DNA of 37,680 nt, taken from Candidatus Sericytochromatia bacterium (GTDB lineage Bacteria; Cyanobacteriota; Sericytochromatia; S15B-MN24; UBA4093). Below are positions 1 to 7,849 of the stretch, piece after piece (position 1 is the stretch's first letter; the number at the start of each line of letters is the position of its first letter). Made by a program: the position numbers and the translations under genes. Location: positions 1 through 37,680 of the forward strand of contig JAKFCT010000062.1 of the NCBI GenBank assembly GCA_036676495.1, written 5' to 3'. The notes under the pieces are model-generated. The model was not told the DNA's origin and ran no database searches. It was given only the letters and a program-made list of their open reading frames with translations.

Positions 1-303
1 GCCGTCCTCCGGGTGGCCCAGGTCGAGACGGCGCTCTTCAAGCTCGAAGGGGATACGGAAGTGGCCGTGCCCAGTACCGCCCTCACGCATGACCGGGGCG
101 AGCTGCCTCGGGCCCTTCCCTTGACGGACTTGCTCGGCGAGTCCACCTACCGCCTGAAAGCCACGGCCTTCGATGCGTCGAAGCAGGCGGTGGCCTCGGG
201 CTCGGCGGATATCGTCGTCCCTGAAAACACCCCCCCGGCCAGCCAGAGCCTGGCGCTGTCCATCCTCGAAGTCCCCTTTGCGGGATCCGTCTCGCAACCC
301 TAG
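1..303 (+). CDS. 5'-truncated hypothetical protein (C-terminal ~100 aa, beta-strand rich)
   Basis: Frame is open from base 1 to TAG 301-303 with GC3-rich codons. The stop overlaps the AGGAG ribosome-binding site of the next gene. The beta-strand-like pattern includes STYRLKATAFD. Confidence 0.75.
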   Translation, partial: AVLRVAQVETALFKLEGDTEVAVPSTALTHDRGELPRALPLTDLLGESTYRLKATAFDASKQAVASGSADIVVPENTPPASQSLALSILEVPFAGSVSQP

Positions 304-312
304 GAGAACGTG

Positions 313-3300
313 ATGCGCAAGCTGAGTCTCGCATTGACGCTACTCACCACCTTGGCCATGGTCGGCTGCCGCTTCCCGGGCGGGCTGCCGGCCCTCAACC
401 AACCCGAGCAGGGCCCCGTCGAGGGCGCTGCCGTCCGCATGCCGGCCCCCCCGCTTTCCGGTCGCGTGACCTTCGCCCAGCTCCAGACGCTGGCGGGAGC
501 CCCCAATGTCGCGAGCGGAGCGACGGTCTCGCTGATCAACACCGGCAGCAACCAGACCGTCTCGACGGCCTTGACGAACGCCAACGGCGAGTTCGTCCTC
601 AACTTCACCAACGGCTACGTGGCCGATCCCACCGCGACCTACTTCCTCGAGGCGGTGAAGGGGCTCGACTCCAACCAGCCCGGCAATCAGGCGGTCCGGC
701 TTCGGACGGTCGCCAAGTTCAACAACGGCTGGACCAGCATCACGAGCGCTGCGGCCAATGCCGGCACGGTGATCAGCCCGTCGACCACGGCCCTGTCCAT
801 CGGGGCGGGGCTGGTCAACGGTAAGCCTGATCCCTTCGCTTTCGCGTCGCTGATCGGATCCGTCAGCGGCGGCGAGACCCCGGCGTACGCTCCGGTGAGC
901 GGTCTTCCGGCTGACGATTACACCGCTCTCTTGGGCCTGGTCCAGCAGATCCTGGCGGACGCCCAGGACCCGGTGGCCAACGTGGGCTTGACCTTGAACG
1001 GGGCCCAGCGGGTCTGGAGCCGCTTGAACGTGCCGCCGAGCGTCACGGGCTTCACCCCGGCGCAAGCCAAGGTCGGCGAGGCCGTGACGGTGGCGGGTGC
1101 GGGCTTCAGCCCGATCGCCGCTAACAACGTCCTGGCGTTCAACGGCGAGAAGGCCGTGACGACGGGCGTGACCTCGAGCAGCATGACCTCGAGCGTGCCT
1201 CAGGGCGCCACCTCGGGTCCGACCTCGCTGCAGGTGGGGAACCTGACGGTGCTGGGTCCCAACTTCTCGGTGCTGCCGGTGGTGGAGGCCTTCAACCCGA
1301 AGCAGGGCGCGCCGGGAACGATCGTGACCTTGACGGGAACTGGCTTCGACGCCAAGACCAAGACCAACAACATGGTGGAGTTCAATGGCGTGGCCGGAAC
1401 GATCGTCGAGGCCTCGGCAACCCAGATCAAGGTCCGGGTGCCTGCGGGCGCCGAGAACGGTCCGCTCAAATTGACGGTCAACGGCCAGGAGGTTACCACT
1501 GCCGAGTCGTTCAAGGCGGCCATGATGATCCGGAACGTGGTCGGGACCTGGATGCCCAAGTCCACCGTCGCCACCGACTGGTCGGCACAATATGCGGGCG
1601 CGGTCGTCGACGCGAACGGCAACCTCTACGTCGCGGCTTCGGACTTGAATCTCGTGTACAAGATTTCCTCGACCGGGACGCTCTCGACCGTGGCCGGCAA
1701 CGGCAGCAGGGACTACGAGGGGGATGGCGGCCTGGCCGTCGACACGGCGTTGAACGCTCCTACCGCTTTGGCCCTGGACGATTCGGGCAATCTCTACATT
1801 GCTGACACGGAGAACCACCGCATCCGCAAGGTCGATCTGACGACCGGCATCATCACGACCGTGGCCGGAGACGGCTACCCCAGTACCGGGAGCGAGAACG
1901 TTCCCGGCACTTCCGGCCGGTTGAATAAACCGCGTGGATTGGCCGTGGACAAGTCGGGCAACCTCTACATCGCCGATTCGTACAACAATCGCATCCGTAG
2001 GCTCGATGCGGCGACCGGCAAGATATCGACGGTGGCCGGACACACCTATGGCTATGCAGGATTCTCGGGCGACGGCGGCGCTGCCACCGCTGCCAGGATG
2101 AGTAGACCGCTTGGAGTGGCCGTCGACCTCTCGGGCAACCTCTATATCACCGACTACAACAACCAGTGCATCCGCAAGGTCGATGCGACGACCCAGAAGA
2201 TTTCGACCGTGGCCGGCACCCCCACTAGCGCCGGGTTCTTTGGGGACGGTAGCCTCGCCACCTCCGCGAAGTTGTATTTTCCGACGGATGTGGCCGTGGA
2301 CGACGCGGGCCACCTCTACATCCTCGATCGCCACAACAATCGCGTTCGCAAGGTCGATGCGACGACCCAGAACATCTCGACGGTGGCCGGAGACGGCACC
2401 TATGGGTTCTATGGGGACGGTGGCCCCGCCACCTCCGGCGGCCTTTATAATCCGGATTACGTGACCGTGGACGCGGCGGGCAACTTCTACATATCTGACA
2501 CGGATAACCGTCGCATCCGCAAGGTCGACGCGAAGACCCAGGTCATCTCGACGGTGGCCGGCTGGCTGACGGACAAAGCCCCTCCCAGCGGAGGAAGCGC
2601 GCAGACCTTCTCCTTGGAACTTCCCACCGCGGTGGCGGAAGCCGACAATGGGGATCTCTACGTCACCGATGGCTACCTGAACGCGCTCTTCAAGGTCAGC
2701 GGCGGCATCATCTCGGCCGTCGACCTCGGAGCGGAAACGCTGAATTATCCGCTCGACGTGGAAATCGCCCCCGACCGCAACCTCTACGTTGCGGACACGA
2801 AAAACGACCGCATCCTCAAGATCAGCGGCGGAGTGACCACGGTCCTGGAATTCGAGGAGATCGAAGGCTGGCTCCTGAGCCGTCCCCATGACCTGGCATT
2901 CGACGGCCAGGGGAACATGTATATTTCCGACACGGGCAATGATCGGATCCTCAAGCGGGACAGCAGCGGAAATACCGTCGTGCTGGCTACCGGTGCACTC
3001 GAACGCCCGAACGGCATCGCCCTCGACGCTGAGGACAACCTCTACATCGCCGACAATCAGAACCAGCGGGTCCTCAAGGTCAGCAAGACCGGCGTGGTCT
3101 CGACCGTCGCGGGGACCTCCCTCAATGGCTATAACGGGGATGGCAGAGCAGCGCTGAGTGCCCATCTGAGTGGTCCGCGGGGGCTCGCGCTGGACGCGGC
3201 GGGCAACCTCTACATCTCTGATTCGGATAATCATCGCATCCGCAAGGTCGACGCGACGACCCAGGTCATCACGACCGTGGCCGGAAACGGCTTTGAGGGC

Positions 3301-3429
3301 TACCGGGGCGATGGCATCACACCGACCGGGGCGCAACTCGATTCCCCGAGGGGCATCTCGCTGGGGCGCTCAGGGACGCTTTACATCGCGGATGCGGATA
3401 ATCGCCTCGTTCGTGCGATCGCCCCCTAG
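313..3429 (+). CDS. Lipoprotein with unclassified N-terminal domain, two IPT/TIG domains and 12 NHL repeats
   Basis: SD AGGAG at 302-306 and ATG at 313. Signal peptide MRKLSLALTLLTTLAMVG-C has a lipobox. Two IPT/TIG units (PSVTGFTP..VGEAVTVAGAGF; PVVEAFNP..PGTIVTLTGTGF). Twelve GNLYIAD-like blades with P-x-G-L-A-V-D motifs. Confidence 0.92.
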   Translation: MRKLSLALTLLTTLAMVGCRFPGGLPALNQPEQGPVEGAAVRMPAPPLSGRVTFAQLQTLAGAPNVASGATVSLINTGSNQTVSTALTNANGEFVLNFTNGYVADPTATYFLEAVKGLDSNQPGNQAVRLRTVAKFNNGWTSITSAAANAGTVISPSTTALSIGAGLVNGKPDPFAFASLIGSVSGGETPAYAPVSGLPADDYTALLGLVQQILADAQDPVANVGLTLNGAQRVWSRLNVPPSVTGFTPAQAKVGEAVTVAGAGFSPIAANNVLAFNGEKAVTTGVTSSSMTSSVPQGATSGPTSLQVGNLTVLGPNFSVLPVVEAFNPKQGAPGTIVTLTGTGFDAKTKTNNMVEFNGVAGTIVEASATQIKVRVPAGAENGPLKLTVNGQEVTTAESFKAAMMIRNVVGTWMPKSTVATDWSAQYAGAVVDANGNLYVAASDLNLVYKISSTGTLSTVAGNGSRDYEGDGGLAVDTALNAPTALALDDSGNLYIADTENHRIRKVDLTTGIITTVAGDGYPSTGSENVPGTSGRLNKPRGLAVDKSGNLYIADSYNNRIRRLDAATGKISTVAGHTYGYAGFSGDGGAATAARMSRPLGVAVDLSGNLYITDYNNQCIRKVDATTQKISTVAGTPTSAGFFGDGSLATSAKLYFPTDVAVDDAGHLYILDRHNNRVRKVDATTQNISTVAGDGTYGFYGDGGPATSGGLYNPDYVTVDAAGNFYISDTDNRRIRKVDAKTQVISTVAGWLTDKAPPSGGSAQTFSLELPTAVAEADNGDLYVTDGYLNALFKVSGGIISAVDLGAETLNYPLDVEIAPDRNLYVADTKNDRILKISGGVTTVLEFEEIEGWLLSRPHDLAFDGQGNMYISDTGNDRILKRDSSGNTVVLATGALERPNGIALDAEDNLYIADNQNQRVLKVSKTGVVSTVAGTSLNGYNGDGRAALSAHLSGPRGLALDAAGNLYISDSDNHRIRKVDATTQVITTVAGNGFEGYRGDGITPTGAQLDSPRGISLGRSGTLYIADADNRLVRAIAP
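1819..3291 (+). repeat. Intragenic ~50-bp imperfect direct repeats (NHL blade ends), six copies
   Basis: Variants of CGCATCCGCAAGGTCGAyGCGACGACCCAG..ATCwCGACsGTGGCCGG at about 1819, 1990, 2168, 2341, 2512 and 3235. The first five are spaced about 171-177 nt apart. Confidence 0.85.
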
Positions 3430-3474
3430 GTCTTAACCCAGGTCCTTGACGGACATGTGACCTCCTTCAGCCAG

Positions 3475-3508
3475 GCCCGCCGGTTGCATCCGCAACCGGC
3501 GGGCTTTC
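3475..3508 (+). terminator. Probable intrinsic terminator after the NHL gene
   Basis: Perfect 13-bp stem GCCCGCCGGTTGC/GCAACCGGCGGGC, 4-nt loop, followed by TTTC. Confidence 0.7.
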
Positions 3509-3635
3509 GGAAATTGGCCTGGGTGCCTCGCGCAGCCTCGAAGTTTGCTAGCATGGAGGGATGTCGTCAAGCGGGCCCAAGGCCCGCCCCGTGACGCTTC
3601 CGTCACGTCCACGCAGGAAAGGCCCGGATGCACGC

Positions 3636-6482
3636 ATGAACTCCCTCACCCCCTGGGCCATCGGCATGCGGGTCCGTAGCGAGGCAGAACCCTCGCTCGG
3701 ACTCGGGATCATCACCGGCTTCCCCACGCCGCGCAGCGTCTCGATCGACTTTCCCGGAGCCGGAGAGCACCGCCTTTACAATCCGGCCACGGCTCCCTTG
3801 CGTCGCTACGAGCTGGGCATCGGTCAGGCCGCCCGGACGCGAGACGGTCGCAGCTTCCGGGTCGAGCGCGTCGAAGCGTCCGACACGGGCTTGCTCACCT
3901 ATCACGCTCAGGGCATGACGGTGCCCGAGCAGGAGCTCGCGGACACCAGCGCCTCGCATGATCCCTTGCAACGCCTCCTCGCCTCGGAACTCAGCTCCCA
4001 CGAGGGCTATGACCTGCGCGAGAAGGGGTGGCGCTTGCGCTCCGAGGTGATGCAGCAGCGCACGCGCGGCCTGATGGGCGGACGCGTGGCCTTGTTGCCG
4101 CATCAGCTGGCGATCGCCTACAAGGTCGCCAACCGTGAGCTCCCCCGCGCCTTGCTGGCGGACGAGGTGGGCCTCGGCAAGACCATCGAGGCCTGCCTCA
4201 CCTTTTCGGCCCTGCGCACCCTGGACCGCGCGGGTCGGGTCCTGGTGCTGACCCCGCCCAGCCTCGCGCATCAATGGCTGGTCGAGCTCTACCGGCGCTT
4301 CAACGAACTCTTCTCGGTGGCCCACTCCGAGCTGATTCCGACGCCGGCCGCGGATCGCGACGACGACGAGGCCGAGAACCCCTTCGCCGACGCGTCGCGC
4401 CTGATCGCGCCTCTCGACTGGCTGCTGGAGCCGGGCCGCCTCGCCCAGGCCCTCGAAACTCCATGGGATCTGGTGATCGTCGATGAAGCCCACCATCTGG
4501 CGTGGTCGCCCGAAACGATCAGCCCCGGCTACCGCGCGGTGGAGGCGCTGGCCGGAAACAGCGAGGGGCTCTTGTTGCTCACGGCCACGCCGCTGCGCCA
4601 AGGCCTGGAGACGGAGTTCGGCCTGCTGCGCCTCGTCGACCCCGAGCGCTTCAACGATTTCGAGGCCTTCAAGGCCGAGCACGCGCAGATGCGCAAGGTG
4701 GCCGACCTGGCACGCCGCCTCTCACAGGGCGAGACGGTCGAAGACGAGCTCGGCGAGCTCTTCCCGGACGTGCGCTGGGAGGGCGGGACGACGGAGATCC
4801 TCAAGCAGCTGATCGACCGGCATGGCACCGGACGCGTCCTCATTCGCAACCGTCGCGAAAAGCTCGGAGGTTTTCCGGGCCGGCAGCTGCAGACCACCTT
4901 GCTGCCCCTGCCGGAAAGCTGGAAGACCGTCCGCGCCTGGCCGGAGGTCGTCGCCTTGCAGCGCATGCTGGGCTTGCCCGAAGCGCAGGGCAAGGAGCCT
5001 CCCCTCAAGGACGATCCGCGCCTCGAGTGGTTGCTCGCCACGATTCACGCGCTGGGGACCCCGAAGGTGCTGGTGATGGCCTCCTCGGTCGCCACCGTCA
5101 CCTGGCTGGAGAAGGCTTTCCGCAGCCGCTCCGGCCTTAAGGTGGCCGTCTTCCACGAGGAGCTGGGGCTGGTCGAACGGGACCGGCAGGCGGCTTACTT
5201 CGCCGACCCGGAGGGCGCGCAGGTGTTGATTTCCAGCGAGATCGGCGGGGAAGGGCGAAACTTCCAGTTCTGTCACCATGTGCTCATGTTCGACCTGCCC
5301 CTGCATCCGGATGCCCTGGAGCAGCGCATTGGCCGCCTGGACCGGATTGGCCAGCGCGAGACCATCCAGGTCCATGTCCCGGTGGTGGCGCAGACCCCGG
5401 CGCAGGCGCTCTTCGCTTGGCATCACGCGCTGCGCGTCTTCGACGCCCCCTTGACCGGCGGCGAGCACATGATGGCCGCGCAGGCGGAACGCTTGCTCGA
5501 GGTGCTCAACGCCCACCAGCCGCGTCGCCTGGAACCGGCCCGTCTCGACGCGTTCCTGACGGAGACCGAGGCCCTCATGGCGCGCTACCGGGCGGACGTC
5601 CAGGCCGGCGTGGACTTCCTGATCGACTTGAACTCCTTCGACCAGGCGCTCGGCGAGTCGCTGGTCTCGGAGGTCGAGGCCTTCGACACGCCGAGCTTGC
5701 AAGAGACCGTCAGCGCCCTCCTCGAGCACTTCGGAGTCAATGAGGAGGACCTGGCCGATCCGGTGATTCAACGCATCCGGCCCGGCGATCACCTGAAAGT
5801 GGACCCCTTCCCAGGCTTGCGTCCCGACGGCATGCTCGCGACCTATGACCGGGACGTGGCCCTGGCGCGCGAGGAGATCCAGTTCCTCAGTCCCGATCAT
5901 CCCCTCGTGGAGGGGGCGCTGGGGCTGCTGCTGGATCAGCCGGAAGGCCGCGCGAGCGTCGCCCTCTGGCCCGCGGCCCCCGAGCAGGGCTTGCGGATCG
6001 AGTTCCTCTTTTTGCTGGAGGCCGTGGGGCCCGGCCGACTGGGCTTGCCGCGCTATCTTCCGCCCACGTCGCTCGCGCTCACGCTCGACCTCACGGGCGA
6101 GCCGTGTCCCTCGCCCCGAGACGCGGGCGCCAGGCTTCAGCCCTTGAGCCCGCAGCTTTGGGCGCGCCTGGCGGGAATGCTGCATGGCCAGCTGCCGGAC
6201 CTGTTCGAAGCCGCCGAGACGACGGCCAACGAGCGGCTCCAATCGCAGGTGGAAGCCGCCATGTCGCAGGCCGCCAGCGTGCTGGGTGGGGAGCAGCGGC
6301 GCCTCGAGGAGCTTTGCCGCCTGGGCAGCGTCCCAGCCTCCGAGGCGGCCCGCCACGCCGAGAAGGTCTCCGAGACCTTGCGCTGCCTGGCAGGCGCCCG
6401 CGTGGGCCTGGACGCCGTGCGCGTCCTGTTGCTGGACCCCGGGGCTCGGGCCCCGGGCGTGGGAACGACGTCTGCCTCGTGA
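3636..6482 (+). CDS. rapA: RNA polymerase-associated SNF2-family ATPase RapA (HepA)
   Basis: The N-terminus WAIGMRVRSEAEPSLGLG resembles RapA starts. Motifs LLADEVGLGKT, VIVDEAHH, LLLTATP, SEIGGEGRNFQF and LEQRIGRLDRIGQ are present, plus a RapA C-terminal-like TYDRDVALAREEIQFL..DHP. Start moved to ATG 3636. Confidence 0.9.
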   Translation: MNSLTPWAIGMRVRSEAEPSLGLGIITGFPTPRSVSIDFPGAGEHRLYNPATAPLRRYELGIGQAARTRDGRSFRVERVEASDTGLLTYHAQGMTVPEQELADTSASHDPLQRLLASELSSHEGYDLREKGWRLRSEVMQQRTRGLMGGRVALLPHQLAIAYKVANRELPRALLADEVGLGKTIEACLTFSALRTLDRAGRVLVLTPPSLAHQWLVELYRRFNELFSVAHSELIPTPAADRDDDEAENPFADASRLIAPLDWLLEPGRLAQALETPWDLVIVDEAHHLAWSPETISPGYRAVEALAGNSEGLLLLTATPLRQGLETEFGLLRLVDPERFNDFEAFKAEHAQMRKVADLARRLSQGETVEDELGELFPDVRWEGGTTEILKQLIDRHGTGRVLIRNRREKLGGFPGRQLQTTLLPLPESWKTVRAWPEVVALQRMLGLPEAQGKEPPLKDDPRLEWLLATIHALGTPKVLVMASSVATVTWLEKAFRSRSGLKVAVFHEELGLVERDRQAAYFADPEGAQVLISSEIGGEGRNFQFCHHVLMFDLPLHPDALEQRIGRLDRIGQRETIQVHVPVVAQTPAQALFAWHHALRVFDAPLTGGEHMMAAQAERLLEVLNAHQPRRLEPARLDAFLTETEALMARYRADVQAGVDFLIDLNSFDQALGESLVSEVEAFDTPSLQETVSALLEHFGVNEEDLADPVIQRIRPGDHLKVDPFPGLRPDGMLATYDRDVALAREEIQFLSPDHPLVEGALGLLLDQPEGRASVALWPAAPEQGLRIEFLFLLEAVGPGRLGLPRYLPPTSLALTLDLTGEPCPSPRDAGARLQPLSPQLWARLAGMLHGQLPDLFEAAETTANERLQSQVEAAMSQAASVLGGEQRRLEELCRLGSVPASEAARHAEKVSETLRCLAGARVGLDAVRVLLLDPGARAPGVGTTSAS

Positions 6483-6527
6483 CGGGCATGCCCTGTGCTT
6501 CGGGGGCGCCCCTCGCGTCGCGGGGGG

Positions 6528-7553
6528 TTACCGGGCCGGGGGAGGGGTTTCGACGCGGCCGTCCGGGTAGCGGGCGAAGCGGCCGGCATCGCGGGGATGC
6601 ACGGGCGCTTCCGGCCAGGGCCAGCCTCCGAAGCCGGTGGCCTGGTAGTCGGTGAAGGCGGCCTGGATGTCGGCGCGGGTATTGCCCACGAAGGGGCCGT
6701 ACTGGGCGACGGGCTCGCCAATCGGGTGGCCCTGGAGAATGAGCACGCGATTCGTGTCCGGCCCCCCCACCAGCTCCAGGTCGAGGTCCGAACGGACCCG
6801 GGCGCCGGTGCGGGAAGGCAGGTCATTTCCGGCGACCTGGAGCCCCTTGCCCTCGAAGAAGTAAATCGTCCGGTGGCTGCCGGGCTTGGCCTTGGGAAGG
6901 GTCCATCGGGCGCCCGGCTCCAGCTGGACCGACCAGATGGCGAGATCGGACTCGGCGCGGGCGGCCCAGGAGTCCGGAGGCGGAGCGGGGGGCTGAACGT
7001 CCCCGAGCTGGCCTGCGACGACCAGGATCTCGGTCCGGCGGCCTTCCGTGTCGGTCACGGTCGCCGTGGGCATGGTCTCATGCCAGAACATCTTGAAGTA
7101 TGGCTCGGCCATCTTGCTGGCACGAGGTAAATTCAGCCAGATCTGGAAGAGCTCGAGGGGATTGGGGGCATTCGCCTGGAGCAAGGGGAACATCTCTGAG
7201 TGGACGATGCCTTTGCCGGCGGTCAGCCACTGCACGTCGCCCGCTCCGAAGCGCGCCGTGGCGCCCAGGGAGTCCGAGTGGTCGATGAAGCCCTTGAGGA
7301 CGATCGTCACGGTCTCGAAACCCCGGTGCGGGTGCTCGGGGAACCCGGGCACGACGCTGCCATGGTACATGCGCCAGCCGTCGATGCCGGCGAAGTCCTG
7401 GCCGATGTCCCGACCGCTCAGCGAGGCGTCCGGCCCCAGCTGCTCGTTGCCGGCCGGATAGGCGTCGTCATGATGCGCGCAGAACAGGAAGGGATCCAGG
7501 GTCTGCCAGTGCAGCCCCAGGGGGACGGTTTCGAGGATGACCGCAGGATTCAT
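6528..7553 (-). CDS. Pirin family bicupin protein
   Basis: Motifs DPFLF, GFPEHPHRGFETVT, HSDS.G, VQWLTAGKGIVHSE, FQIWLNLP and PVAQYGPFVGN. SD AAGGAGG lies upstream of ATG 7553. Confidence 0.93.
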   Translation of the reverse strand: MNPAVILETVPLGLHWQTLDPFLFCAHHDDAYPAGNEQLGPDASLSGRDIGQDFAGIDGWRMYHGSVVPGFPEHPHRGFETVTIVLKGFIDHSDSLGATARFGAGDVQWLTAGKGIVHSEMFPLLQANAPNPLELFQIWLNLPRASKMAEPYFKMFWHETMPTATVTDTEGRRTEILVVAGQLGDVQPPAPPPDSWAARAESDLAIWSVQLEPGARWTLPKAKPGSHRTIYFFEGKGLQVAGNDLPSRTGARVRSDLDLELVGGPDTNRVLILQGHPIGEPVAQYGPFVGNTRADIQAAFTDYQATGFGGWPWPEAPVHPRDAGRFARYPDGRVETPPPAR

Positions 7554-7849
7554 GGCGAAACGAAGCCTCCTTGGCAAGAGTCGGGAGTCCTCCGAGACCA
7601 CCCTACCTCCCGCTCGTCGGAGTTGGCAAACCGTGAGCGCCCGCAAGGGAATGCCCGCTTTCGGCTTGCCTCTTCGAGCAGGGAGGACTAAGGTTCAATG
7701 GGCACCCTCGGGATTCTCGGGGGCCCGAGGACCGCGCCGCGGCTGTTTCGAAAGGCAGCGGGAGATAGCCGTGACCCAGACGGTATCCGCGTGAAAGTTG
7801 ACTCTCGCTGTCCTGTAGAAACGACATCAGCGTATAAAAGGAGGCGGAC

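Noticed and set aside
1819-3291. CRISPR array or DGR template/variable repeats
   Set aside because: The repeats are in-frame NHL blades; there are no cas genes or reverse transcriptase and no evident adenine-specific variation.
340-3336. 998-aa minus-strand ORF
   Set aside because: Antisense shadow of the NHL lipoprotein caused by high GC3; no motifs of its own.
3636-6482. SNF2 helicase of a defence system (DISARM DrmD-like)
   Set aside because: N- and C-terminal features match RapA, and no methylase or other defence genes are adjacent.
7686-7730. TPP riboswitch-like words on the minus strand (CCGAGA...CCCATTGAACCT) upstream of pirin
   Set aside because: The required downstream GATC..TAAT..GCG.AGGGA half is missing.
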